Assembly: GCA_001600815.1 (NCBI GenBank)
Contig: BCKZ01000013.1
Location: forward strand, 62,001 to 126,000
DNA: 64,000 bases
Origin: Alloascoidea hylecoeti
Lineage: Eukaryota
Direction: 5' to 3'
Below the pieces are notes generated by a model. It ran no database searches. It was not told the origin of the DNA and worked only from the letters and a program-made list of their open reading frames with translations. The position numbers were made by a program, and so were the translations under genes. Below are positions 25,074 to 37,802 of the stretch, piece by piece; within the stretch, counting starts at the first letter, position 1; each line of letters starts with the position of its first letter.

Positions 25074-26474
25074 ATGACAGCACCTATTGAGTTGTCTTCC
25101 CCGGATACTAAAAGAACCTCAGATGACACCACTCAAACCACTATAGATGCAGAATTAGAGCATCAACCATCACCAATGAAAACAGACACGAGTAATGATG
25201 GTCAATCTGTAGTTAATAATGGTACACAAAGTGAATCTGTCATTATTGACTCTCCTACTCTCAATCCTACAACTTCTACTGTTGGAACCCCAGTAAATAT
25301 TTGGGCCAGAGGTGGTACTTCTGTTACAGGTGCTAGAGTACCTTCAAATTCATCAATTTCTTACCTATCTTTGTCAACATTATCACCAAATAATGAAGAT
25401 GGAATACCTAGATATTCTATCCCTGGCCGGAGACCTTCTGGCTCATATACCATGGGGAATTTAAATAATTTTGGTAGTCCAAATGGTAATAATACAACTG
25501 ATATTTTAAGCTTAAATAACTTACATTCCATGAATCTTGCCCATGTGAAAAGAAATGGTAATATTGGTGTTGTTTCTGGATCTCCTTCAAGACATTATTT
25601 TCCTCAACAAAAGCGATTCCAATATTATCATGCTGTAAGTCCTTCATCACCAATGTCAATGTCTCAATTTCCTATGGAATCTGCGACCTCACCTGTAAAT
25701 AATACAAAGTATAGAAAACCTTCCAGCTCTTATTCTTTTGCAAGTCCAGATAACTCAAATATAAATTCAAATTCAAATTCAAGTTTAAATTCAAATATTA
25801 ATGATGATCCAGAATCTCCACATCTTGATCCTATATCATTATCAACTTCACCATCAAATTATTGGTTAAATCAACAAACACCACCTCCAAATTCAGGATC
25901 AAATTCATTACCACAAAGTCCAATTTATACACCAAGATCAAATATTAGTATTTCAACAAATTTAAATTTGAATTTAAATTTAAATAATAATATTAATAAT
26001 TATTCACCAATTAATACATTAAGAAATTCATCACCGCGTTTAAAACCAGTATCAACGCCAATTGAAACAGCACCAATGACTCCATTATTATTATCAAGAA
26101 CTCATTCTCATTTCAATACTAATTCAAATTCAAATTCAAATTTACATTTACAAAATTCAATGTATAATGCTTTACAAAATTTAACATTAAATAATAACAA
26201 TAATACTAATTCCCCAATAATTAATACAACAAGTAATAATAATATCATCAATAATTCTTTAATTACAACTACAACAGGTCCAGTAAATATTCAAAGACAA
26301 ACAAGAAGAGGTAGTTTAAACCCTCCATCATCTAATTTAAACTTTAATCAAATTATTATGAATATAGATGAAGTTAATGAAGAATTAAATGAAGATAATA
26401 TTTCAAATATTGGGTTTTCAAATGATTATTCATTTAATATTAATAATTCTACCAATACTGGGAAATCCTTATAA
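25074..26474 (+). CDS. Uncharacterised Ser/Pro/Asn-rich disordered protein
   Basis: 466-aa ATG ORF with many SP/TP sites and RRxS motifs; upstream Reb1 site and poly-T. Confidence 0.8.
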   Translation: MTAPIELSSPDTKRTSDDTTQTTIDAELEHQPSPMKTDTSNDGQSVVNNGTQSESVIIDSPTLNPTTSTVGTPVNIWARGGTSVTGARVPSNSSISYLSLSTLSPNNEDGIPRYSIPGRRPSGSYTMGNLNNFGSPNGNNTTDILSLNNLHSMNLAHVKRNGNIGVVSGSPSRHYFPQQKRFQYYHAVSPSSPMSMSQFPMESATSPVNNTKYRKPSSSYSFASPDNSNINSNSNSSLNSNINDDPESPHLDPISLSTSPSNYWLNQQTPPPNSGSNSLPQSPIYTPRSNISISTNLNLNLNLNNNINNYSPINTLRNSSPRLKPVSTPIETAPMTPLLLSRTHSHFNTNSNSNSNLHLQNSMYNALQNLTLNNNNNTNSPIINTTSNNNIINNSLITTTTGPVNIQRQTRRGSLNPPSSNLNFNQIIMNIDEVNEELNEDNISNIGFSNDYSFNINNSTNTGKSL

Positions 26475-28777
26475 TATATACATATTTATATTTAACTAAT
26501 CAACAAGCTTCTGTGACCTTTTTTGGTATATGATTGCTTTCAATATAGTATGACTACATTATTTGAAACGATACATCCCTCTCTTTTAACAACATAAATA
26601 TACATATTTCCCTTCTTTTCTAATATTTTTTGGATAAACTTAATGAATGAGTTAACTAATAGCATAGTACTATACATAAATGAATTACATATAAATTTGA
26701 ATTTTTTGGGTTATGAATATAAAATACATAGATTGATAACAAATTAATACTTATAAATGAGATGTTATTTCTTCTACTTAGTTAGCTCTTTTATCATAAC
26801 TTCATAAACAGATACTTACTATTATAACAAGCCTAGTACTGAACCCGTTTAGTACGTACAATTGCAATGGTTCGAGATCAATACCTATCTTTCAATCGTT
26901 ATTTAATCAGAACGTTATAATTAATTAACAGACTCCTCCTCCTCGCTTTTCGAATTCACTAGAAAAACCCACATTTTTTGATCGCATATTTGATGGTTAA
27001 TCACTGATATTGTTCTTGCCATAAAATGAATACCTGTATGATGAATGGTAGTTCCCTCTCCCTCTCCATCACCAAGTCAATCACACCCGCAGGAAATCTA
27101 TGGCTCATATTAGATATAGGGGTATGTCCATTGTCTATGTAGTAACAACCGCACCGATCCGGACCATAAAATATATAAAAAAGAGCTTGAAATTTTACAA
27201 AATCATTTATTATCTATAGAAAATGTAAACCTTTAATGAGATACAGAATCTAGTAGTTATTTTGTTATAGGTTTTATTGGCCTTTGGTGTTACTCACTGG
27301 GTAGATTACGTCGTAAAGATTGTACTGTGCCTATTCCTAACATTAATATCATATGAAATAGTGAGCTATGCGAAGCATCTCCATCTTTACAACGTAATCC
27401 AGTTGTTGATACCGGTATAGACAATTTTGTTATATTTCTGGTTTTGTGTTTCTTACAGTGCATATTGCGATCGGTTGAAACATATTCTATAGGCGCTGAT
27501 ATAAAATAATTTATATGCTTCCTTCTGAACAGAGGTCGTAACATTTAATAACTCTTAACACTTAGCAATTACAATTTAAACTGTGTGGATCTTTTAACCA
27601 TGCTACTGACTCTAGAAAAAAAAAGTGTATTCCTCCATTCAAATTAAAAGCGAGGGATCCCTTACCAATTCTCATAATAAAATATCCAGATCTAAATTCT
27701 TATAGTTGACGTAAAATACACATCAGCTAGACAATTACATATAATTTTGAAGAAAGTTTATATGTTAAAGATAACAAGATAACCTGAAGGGAAGTTTTTT
27801 AAATTAGAAGCTGGAGAATGTTATTAAAATGGAGTCACATATAGGGACAATGAACATTTTGTGGCCAATTTTCTTTAATTTTTAAGTAAAAACGTTCAAT
27901 AATTTATTGCTGTTTACAATTACTTAACCGATCAATCAAAATTAATACTCTCTATACATTAATATTAACGATTGATTTATTAAGGGTTATAGTTATAGGT
28001 ATATATTTAAGATCCCTTAACATACTTTTAAGATCTTATGTTACAATTAGTTACTTCACATAATTGGTATAACTGCCATATAATTGTCCTATTATATATA
28101 GTAGTACATCTATCGATATCAACTTTATATACCGGTATAAATTTTTTTCTGGAAATAATACTGATTCAGTGATTACACTTAATATCGGCGATTCCAATAA
28201 CTAATATTCGGCGGCCCTCTGCGATATGCATATTAACAACTCATAATTAAAGACACAAATAGTAAAATTTCAATTTCTAATAATCTTTTCGATGTAGAAC
28301 ACCATTTTTGTAGTTGACCAAATATAAGCTGATAGAGCATTTGTTATGGGGAATATCTACTCTTTATATACTCTACAGCTAATATTTAAACTGAACTGTC
28401 TGATATAGCAATCTAGCAAATAATTCTAGAGCTAATGTATTATTGTATTATCCTATTCTGTAAGTTGGATTATATCAAATAATACAACAATTGAACAATA
28501 CCCGATGATGCCGGTGATAATATGTGTGAATATTGCTTATAGGAATGCCCGATAGTTAGTAACCAAAATGGCCGACATGAAGTGGAATATTTCCCATCAA
28601 AAAAAAAAAGATAACTAAGTTCTTCAGTTATAAGCTTATTATCAAGTTCTATACAAATGTTTGGTATATTCTGGCGTTTATATATTATAGTGACCAAATA
28701 ATGGCAAGGATTGAACAGCCATTGAGTTAAAATGTGAGAAACTCAATTGCCTTTTAGCGAAAGCACCACCCTCCACC

Positions 28778-29743
28778 ATGCCAAGAAACCTTAATGACCA
28801 TTGTTTACGCCCAATTGAACCCTAAAGTATTGCGTAACTGGATTGCAAAAGACTTCGTCATTCCCTGATCTCTCTTAAGGAATATGCTAAAGAGAACTAG
28901 TCCAATTGAGGGATTAATAAAGCAAAACAAAAGATTTCGGGGTTTCAGGAAAATAAGATAATGGAGCACATTTTGGAAATAGCAGAACGTGATAGCGCTG
29001 ATGTAAGGTGATTATGCACTAATAGACAGTTATAAGTTATAACCAGATATCAATAGCAACTACATGAGTAATGGGTCATGCGTCTTTTCATTTGCAAGCT
29101 CAGAGGAGCCAAGCTGCCTAAACGTTCTTGATTCTTATAAATTCTTATCAAAGGATAAAGTTAATGTGCAAAGCTGAAAATGGCTGAAATGGTTATGTGA
29201 CAAGGATAAATACAACCCATGCGAGGCTTTCAATATTAATCTACATGAAGAAGTTCCTTTTCTTGGGGATGGCGGGAAGTTCAGAATGCTGGATCCAGTT
29301 GAATGTCCGTCTATTCTTCAGTTGATCTCATTTTCAGAGGAGCTTGTCACTTGTGTTGACTGTCCCAATATCGGATGATTCTGTTCCCACCATGGTTATT
29401 TTCAATAAATGTTCAGAATTGATGGTCTAAATATCTCAGAGATGATGAGAGGAAAAAATGTGGTACTTAAGCATAGAGTGCGATGTCAGTGGAAAAAGAT
29501 GAGTCAACGCAACTTATGGAAGAGAAGAATATACATATGAGTAACTTCACTCATTTATCAGATGACAAGCTGATCATCTACAAATATGGAAAATCCTTCG
29601 CTGAGGTGTACTTGGGTGGCGTAATTGAAATTGTTGCGATTAATCCATTTATTACAAAAGTTCCGGATCCAGTAAAACAAATGATTGAAAAGAGAAATTC
29701 AATTTCACAGCCATCAGTGCGATTGCGAGAAGAATTGCTATAA
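28778..29743 (+). pseudogene. Decayed copy of an unidentified gene or element (copy 1)
   Basis: ccaccATGccaagaaa start, long broken reading frames, nucleotide homology to 41451-41915 (minus strand). Confidence 0.55.
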
Positions 29744-29950
29744 TAGAGCGTTTGAAAAATTCTATATATTTCCAGGCTCTCCACTTGATGATCTATAAAA
29801 AACCATAAGTTATATCGTTCTACTTAATTTTTTTGTTTTGAATTTCCTCTCAACGAAAGAACCTAGCGAGGAAAAAACCTGCATACACCTTATTTACAAC
29901 CTTAAACTCTTGAATCTGAACTAACATAACTCTATTTTTCTATTATCAAC

Positions 29951-30862
29951 ATGAAAATATTATATATTGGTATTATACGAACAACTGGAAACAAGGTTTT
30001 GGAACTTTCCTCCGCTAAAGATTTGTCAACCTTTGGCTATTTTGAAAGAACTGGGTATGTAACTTCTAAACTCACTTGTATGGAATCCAAGATTTAAGCT
30101 AATAAATAATATGATTTTTGAGATGATAGAGTTTCTCAATTTATGACTTTTTTCAGTGAGACTGTTTCTCAAAGGACACAAGCTGGTCAACGTCAGAGTA
30201 TCGAGGAAGGAGGTATGTAGCACATGGTATTTCTCAATCCTCGTCTTTCTTATAATATCTAACTTCATCTGCTTGCTTATACAGCATACATTGGTCACAC
30301 ATACGCTCGTTCTGAAGGCATTGCCGGTGTAATCATCTCAGATAAAGATTATCCAGTTAGAGTTGCTTATACCCTTATTAATAAAGTCCTTGATGAATAC
30401 CTCACACAGTATTCTAAAGCAAAATGGGAAAATGTAACATCTAGATCCAATTCTGGATTAGAATTTAAAGCTCTAGAAGGCTATTTGAACAAATATCAAG
30501 ATCCAGCACAAGCAGATTCAATAATGAAGGTTCAACAAGAATTAAATGAAGCAAAGATTATTTTGGTATGTTATAAGCTTAAGTTTTATCAATTTTAGAA
30601 GAAACAGAAAAACTAATTATATATCTGAAAACAATAGCACAAAACAATTCAAGCGGTTCTAACTAGGGGTGAAAATCTAGACCAAGTAGTTGCTAAATCC
30701 GATGCTCTAAGCAATTCATCTCATATATTTTATAAACAAGCGAAAAGGTATGTATTGTTAATCCATTGTTTTTTTATTGTTTTTTTATTTTTATTTTTAT
30801 TTTTTTTGGTGATCTAACAAAATAATGTGTATAGGACAAATTCATGTTGTGTTATTATGTAA
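29951..30862 (+). CDS. YKT6: R-SNARE Ykt6; exons 29951-30054, 30130-30212, 30285-30565, 30638-30747, 30835-30862
   Basis: Spliced product [10 protein letters not shown]...[16 protein letters not shown]...DYPVRVAY...[17 protein letters not shown]...RGENLD...[15 protein letters not shown] (longin + SNARE + CCaaX); four GTATGT introns. Confidence 0.96.
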
Positions 30863-33667
30863 TTTGCCACATTACACTATAGCTACTTAATTCTGTAACC
30901 GATTATTGTTTACATAATAATTTAAATTTATAATATAGAATTTCTAAACTATGTTGCAATTGATTCTTACACATTATTGAACAGTTTATCCTCTGGAACA
31001 GATCAAGATGTAATTTCTCTAGTGTCTAAATAAGTAGGCTTTAAGTCTAAGATTTTATAGATAATTCTTTGTCAACTTCTATCTTTCATCTTATATACTA
31101 GAACTCATTATAATAATCATATTATAGTTACATGTATAAATTTAAAACATGATAGATGAATTAAATTTACAGATCGATGTGTATGCATAAGAAATTCTCA
31201 ATTGAGGACATTTTTATGCTTACAATTAACTGCAGCTAGCTTGATGGTATAGCCTATAAATAGACAACTTTTGATTTATATATTTATGACATACACAATT
31301 GGAATTGCAATACTAACTGCAAACTTAAGTATACGGAACAGAAGAGACATTGCAATTGATGCTTTGGGTATTTGAGAATATCTTGGGCCATATGCACTCC
31401 CAATTAAAATGGAATTTCATTTCTTTTTGAATGATCTATAGTTTTTAGACTGTGTTGTTTATCACTTATCGTGTGACTTTCTACAATGATTTGGTGACTT
31501 CTTTATTGTCCTACAATTATTTACTATTCCTCACTAAATCCTCAGTGAATCTAGATCATAATATCATTCGATAACTAAGCCTACATTAATTAATAATGGA
31601 TATCCCAGAGAAATAAAATAAATTTGAACATGCTGATTAACCAGGTTTATTTTTTAAAATAATGTAAGATTTCAGCAATAGGGAAAAAGCTTCCAATCGA
31701 GATTTGAAAATAGAGAATCATAACTATGGCGCTAATATATTGAACATTTTATTAACGTTGTATTAACTATAACCAGTCATAGTACAGTCCAAAGCTATTT
31801 ATAGGTATACTACACGTCGCTAATTATACTCTATCTTGATTGCTGAAATAGATTGGACATGAGGTCTACTAACATAGCCATTTTATATGTACCCACCAAA
31901 TACCTAATTTGAAAACATAATCTTTATGTATAAAACGGAACTATTGTTAGTTCTAGCCCATAGTCAGAAAATAAAACTGTTGAACATGCAAAAACCAAAC
32001 ATAATTACAAGGATGAGTACGAAGAAGTAAATGGACTTCTCTTTTTGTTAAATGATTTAGAAATTTCTTTTTAATCGTATTGATGCATCTTCGTATTTAT
32101 GAAAGCAATTCTACAGTTTGGGTTATAAAAGCGAGTATAAGACCCATTGATATGGACTTCTAGCTTATAAGAGATAATGAATTCGCAATTGCCTTTATAT
32201 CACGATTACAGATGCAGCTGGCTATATATAGTAATTATATTAAGAAACTTAAGCTTAAATTGCGTATATATTCGCCGCCCATATGGCTAGTGTACATATG
32301 ACGTATAGATAACGGTGTCACCGTTATAATTGATCAACCATATCTTGATGATCTATTTTATATGGTTTTGTCAATCATAGATAGAATAAATTGTTCAAAA
32401 ATCAATATCTATAGCAATTTACATGGTTTACAGTCCATAATCAATATCATTGTATTTGTATTTGCTTCAGATTAGCTTAATAATTTCATAATATAACAGA
32501 TTTCAGACATTAAGCATATATCTTAATTTTCTTTATATCTAAGCTTAAGCTTTATGATTATTTTTAAATTGGAGTTTCAACAGCCATTCAAGATTCAAGG
32601 CCTATGACATAATGATACAATTACAGCTAGATATAATCTCTCGGAAGAGTCGTACTCTACTGCCAGTTCGATCCTGATCTCTCCCGAAGAGAAAATGATT
32701 AAAACAAATAGCGCTAGCCTCAGCTATACCAAGATCTGGACCATAGCTGCCCGTAAATGTGATTATAAATTATCTTATCTGGATAATATCAAATTGTGAC
32801 GACCACGTGAGGAATTATACCTCACAACCATATAAATAATATGTCATGATTCCCCAAAAACTAAAATAGAAAGTATACATAAAAATTCTAATTCTATTAT
32901 AATCATAAATTTTTTTTCATATCAATATACCACAAGTACCTTGTAACTATAATATTCATATTTATATAAATGCTGAAGAATAACTTGTTTTAAAACCTGT
33001 GAATAAATAATAAATTAGTGACGGGATAGTAAACATAGAAAAGATGGGAGGTGTAAAAGTCTAGACCAACGTTAAAGCTCAAATGATAAACGATTAAACT
33101 TTTTGAAAAAGTTATCGTTAGAAATGACGTAAGTAGCACTTGTCACTGGCAGTTACTAACTGTTATAAACGATTAATAAATTAGTTTTGCCGGTTGTATT
33201 TTTTAGAGGGGAAAGGCTGCTAGATTTGTTGTTATTAAAACATATTTAACGTATAGTAATATTCAATTGTTAATACGTTTGCTTTTTTTCCTACATGTTT
33301 TATTTTTTGAAACTTTCGGGAATATGCTACCCGATTCCTTATTGCAAACCTTAACCACCACACTCGATCTGTAGCAGTATAAAGTGACACTATTAAAATA
33401 TAATGAGGGATGGCATAATATGATACCAGTTGTACATCAAATCTTAAATGTTGCGAATGAATACGAATGTACGCTACTGCAGGTAAGCATACGGGCAAAC
33501 CTTGTTCACAGGCCTTAACTTGAATAAAGTATGGGTTCGTGATATTTTAGTACTATGCTGTGCAGACCCCAAAAGTTCTAGACCTTCAGAGCGAGCATAG
33601 GATCTATTTTTATTTATTGACTCTTCTTTTCTTTCATTTCCTTTTGCCAGCCATTGTTTTGTAAAGA

Positions 33668-35962
33668 ATGATGTTAACGTCGCCCCGTTCTCAGGAACAA
33701 ACCCCATTGGAAAGAATATCTACCCAAGGACATTCTAGTTATTTCTCGTTGGAACCTCACTCATCGGCTTCCAACTCCGTCACTTGTCCTGAAATCCAAA
33801 ATCCTTTTAATCAACATTTGTCATCCAAACCCACACTTTCTTTAAATGTATCGCTTACAAGAAATCATATTCCTTCCATATTATCCGGAGACGTGGCCAC
33901 GCGGCGTGGGATCACATTAAAGAAATCATCTTATGATCTAGCAAATAATAACGACAACTTGCCGAACTCTGCCACCAAATCTGCAACCGAGATGCTGAAA
34001 ACGCCGGTTTCATCCCATTCTAATGATGGGAAGTTCCACAAAGATGTATTTAAACCTAGATCACCTTCGCTTCCCATTCTACCTTTCCCGACGCTTAATA
34101 AAAGCCACAATGCAGAAATCCCTTCAAAATTCAATAGAATATCTGTTCAATCATTAGCAAATATTATTATTTCAAACCCGGTGATTGAAGAAAGGCGTTT
34201 TTTAATTATTGATACGAGATGTTATACGGATTTTTGCTTCTCTCGAATAAAAGATTCAGTTAATTTTTGTCTTCCAACTACATTATTAAAACGCCAAACT
34301 TTTACCTTGGATAGGACTATCAATAGATTACCACTTGATCAGATACCATGGTTTAAAGATGTCACGAAAAGTATAATAATATATGACGCTGCAACAAGTC
34401 ATCCCAACAGGTGTTCATTAGAATTAGAATATATTTGTAAAAAATTTATATCATCTAATTGGAAAGGTGATTTATTCTATGTAGGTGGGGGTTATAATCT
34501 TTTCGAATCCTTTGTTCTTGGTGAAGGTCTACAGAATCAAGTGTTACACAAAGGTGTTCCTCAAAACCCCAACATTATTCAAGGAAACAAATTTAATAAG
34601 GATACATTTACAAGCAAAATTCAAACTAATAACATCAAATCAAGATCCCAACCGACTTCTCCATTACCTGGCCTAGGTCTTCGCCTCATATTGCCAGCCA
34701 TCACACCAGGGAGTGAAACTTTATATTGTAATCAATTAGTCCACAATCTTAAACAAAACAGTGGATGTAAATCATTTGATGTTAGTGATGATGATGAAAC
34801 TTTTCGGATTAAGTTAGACGATATCTCGTTGCCTCCATTAAATCCTTCTAAAATACCCCATTGGATGATGCGTGTTTGTGATGAAAATAAAGGTCCAATA
34901 ATTTTAGCAAAAAATTTTAATGAATTAGAAAAATTAGAAGAAGAAAGATTAAAAATGGCTTTAAGACATTCACAAAATTCTAATTCTCAATTATTATTAA
35001 ATTCTTCAAATCATCATTGTAAAAATTCAAAATGTCTTGATTCACATTTAACAATAACATCAGGTGTTGAACAAGGTACAAAAAATCGATATAAAAATAT
35101 TATTCCTTATGATCATACAAGGGTTAAAATTCAACAAATAAATAGTGGAGAAGATGATTATTTTAATGGAAATTATATTTCGTTAAATGGTGTTAAAAGG
35201 AAATGTATTGCAACTCAAGGACCATTACCAGAAACTTTAGAATCTTTTTGGAAAGTTATAATAGAACAAAATATTAAATGTATTATGAATTTAACTCAAG
35301 AAAATGAAGGGGGATATATAAAATGTCATAAGTATTGGGTTCCTGGTAAATATGGCAGAGTTATATTAAAGGTTCTTGAAGAACGTAAAGAAATTTTAAA
35401 TGATTATACAAAATCTGAAGTTATAATTAGAAAATTTCATTTAACACTTGTTGATAATAATGATCATGTTATGATTACTCATACTGTATCTCAGATTCAT
35501 TTTTCTCTTTGGTCAGATTTTGGTATTCCAATGTCACCAAGAGATATTTTATCTCTTTGTGAATTAAAGAATGAAATGGTTAAAGGATATGAAGAAATTC
35601 CAGTTGTTGTCCATTGTAGTGCTGGTTGTGGACGTACAGGCACATTTTGTACAGTTGATACAATTTTGGAATTATTAACTCAACAAAAGGTAAAAAATTT
35701 ACCATTAAATGAAGGGTTATCTCAATTGATAAAAACATCTTTAAATGATAATTACTTTTCATTTTCATCTCCTCAAACTAAAACTAATGAATCATCCGAC
35801 ACTTTTAATGTTGACCCTAATGACATCATCTATTATACAATAAATGAATTCCGAAGGCAACGGATATCAATGGTTCAAACTTTAAGACAATATATTTTAT
35901 GTTATAATTGCATTTTGTTGTGGATGAGAACTTCTCCAACCTGGTTAAATGCAAATGTTTAA
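33668..35962 (+). CDS. PTP3: MAPK tyrosine phosphatase with rhodanese-like domain (Ptp2/Ptp3/Pyp1-like)
   Basis: IIDTR rhodanese motif, KNRYKNI, IATQGPL, HCSAGCGRTG, QRISMVQTLRQY. Confidence 0.85.
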   Translation: MMLTSPRSQEQTPLERISTQGHSSYFSLEPHSSASNSVTCPEIQNPFNQHLSSKPTLSLNVSLTRNHIPSILSGDVATRRGITLKKSSYDLANNNDNLPNSATKSATEMLKTPVSSHSNDGKFHKDVFKPRSPSLPILPFPTLNKSHNAEIPSKFNRISVQSLANIIISNPVIEERRFLIIDTRCYTDFCFSRIKDSVNFCLPTTLLKRQTFTLDRTINRLPLDQIPWFKDVTKSIIIYDAATSHPNRCSLELEYICKKFISSNWKGDLFYVGGGYNLFESFVLGEGLQNQVLHKGVPQNPNIIQGNKFNKDTFTSKIQTNNIKSRSQPTSPLPGLGLRLILPAITPGSETLYCNQLVHNLKQNSGCKSFDVSDDDETFRIKLDDISLPPLNPSKIPHWMMRVCDENKGPIILAKNFNELEKLEEERLKMALRHSQNSNSQLLLNSSNHHCKNSKCLDSHLTITSGVEQGTKNRYKNIIPYDHTRVKIQQINSGEDDYFNGNYISLNGVKRKCIATQGPLPETLESFWKVIIEQNIKCIMNLTQENEGGYIKCHKYWVPGKYGRVILKVLEERKEILNDYTKSEVIIRKFHLTLVDNNDHVMITHTVSQIHFSLWSDFGIPMSPRDILSLCELKNEMVKGYEEIPVVVHCSAGCGRTGTFCTVDTILELLTQQKVKNLPLNEGLSQLIKTSLNDNYFSFSSPQTKTNESSDTFNVDPNDIIYYTINEFRRQRISMVQTLRQYILCYNCILLWMRTSPTWLNANV

Positions 35963-36327
35963 TTGTACTATAACAAATCATGATCATAAAAAAAGTATAT
36001 ATATATATTAATATTTTTAGCAAGCTTAAGGTAATTTTTTTTATTTTATTTTGGTATTTTATAATTAACAATTGAGTATAATTGGAACATTACTATTAAT
36101 TTAATTATGTAGTAAATTTAGAGTATACATTTTTTTCTTTCTCCATAGAAACATTTTTGTAATAAATAATTTAAATTTTGCATTGCTAATAATAATCGTT
36201 TTCCTTACGGTGTGAAATACTTAGATACATATTAATTATAACTTGTTGAAGGAATATCTAAGTTTTGTTTTGCATCTGAATTTGTTTCCTTTAATGTGAG
36301 AGGAGCAATATCATAGTTATAACCGAT

Positions 36328-36777
36328 TTATTGGCCAAGTACCAACTCATATAAAATTACAATCGTATTAATAGCAATTAACGGGACTTAAAAGAGGAGA
36401 ATCGTTAGAATATTATGGTCACATACAAGAAAGCAAAATATAGTGAAAAAGAACAACATACTCCTTAATAATGTCCTAACTGCATTTATTAAATCTATCA
36501 CCCGTGTTTTCACGGTCTGTTCTGGAACGGCACCAAAACCCTGTGATTCTGGTTTACGTCCCCAACCAACTTTTAAATTTTAAAGAACGTTAGAGATACC
36601 CATTGAGATGTAATGTAAAAAGGCAACGAAGCTTACTTCGATTTAAAAATCTATCCTCACTTAATATAGCAATCGAGTTTGTGAGTAATAGGATTACTTT
36701 GATAATTAGTATTGATCCAAATATATACATAATACTGGTGATAACTTACCATAGAGCAGTTTACCGATTCCAAACAT
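36328..36777 (-). CDS. YOS1: Yos1/IER3IP1 ER-Golgi membrane protein, 84 aa; exons 36777-36750, 36696-36637, 36569-36462, 36386-36328
   Basis: Spliced product MFGIGKLLYVILLLTNSIAILSEDRFLNRIGWG...VIDLINAVRTLLRIPLIAINTIVILYELVLGQ matches the Yos1 family; absent from the ORF track. Confidence 0.93.
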
Positions 36778-37802
36778 TAACATCGGCATGATGATTATCT
36801 TGATAATTAGAGATTTGGAGGTTTCTGTTTGTGACACCATGCCACACCCTTACACCCCAAACAGAAAAACACAAATCAATTTATTCAAAAAAGTTGCGAT
36901 GAGTAGTAAATGAACAACTCAATAAATACAATATTAATTAATATATATAATATGAGCTAAATACTATATATAAAATATTAATCGATGGATCCGAAGGATT
37001 GACATTGATATAAATTGTAGTGTTGAAATCAAATTTAAAGAAATATGATATCAATCACTCAAACATGAATTTTCATTTGTCTTTTCTGAATTTATATACA
37101 AGCATATTTATAACCAATGATAAAGTGCCATATTAATTGATTGTTTTGGCTATATGGAACCCTCCTTCTCATTATGGATGAGTATTTACGATCTCTTGTC
37201 TCGACCGACAGTGCTGTTTATCCTTATCAATATGGTTATTGTCCTATAGTCTAGATATCCAACAGAATCAAAGATTCCCACAATTACACCCTAAACACAA
37301 TCAAGTAAAATACTTCTGAAAAGTGTTCTCATTTCATCAAACACTTCCTCAGAATCATAAACTCTGAAATTGTTGACATATTTTTAAAGAATACCATTAT
37401 GTATTCACAAATTTTATTATTTGGATGGGATTTCTTTATTGTAGTAATTATAAACAATCAGAAACTTTGCTTAATCTTATAATTATAACCTGAGATTAAC
37501 AAGCATAAATCTTTCTGAAAGAAAAGTTTTAGTTAAATAGAATCAGGAGTATTTAAAAGTATAGCAAAAGATCATCATCTGGATATAATATCAACCTCGG
37601 AAGAGATTATCATATAGCCACTATTAGCTAGCAGGGTGCAATCTTATTCAATTCAATGGCTGAGGAAGCACTGGTCCAAGTGATTTAAAAAATCTGCTTA
37701 CAAATACTTTTGAGACATATTCAAGTTCACGTGAATTCACCTAACTTTACAATTGGAACAAAAACGTTGAAAAACTATAAACTTTTCAGTTTTGATATAT
37801 CA

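Noticed and set aside
32636..32692. tRNA-like GTTCGATCC inside a small hairpin
   Set aside because: No D arm, anticodon arm or A box; cannot fold a cloverleaf
33235..33707. Short antisense ORFs upstream of the PTP gene
   Set aside because: No motifs; consistent with promoter or 5' UTR sequence
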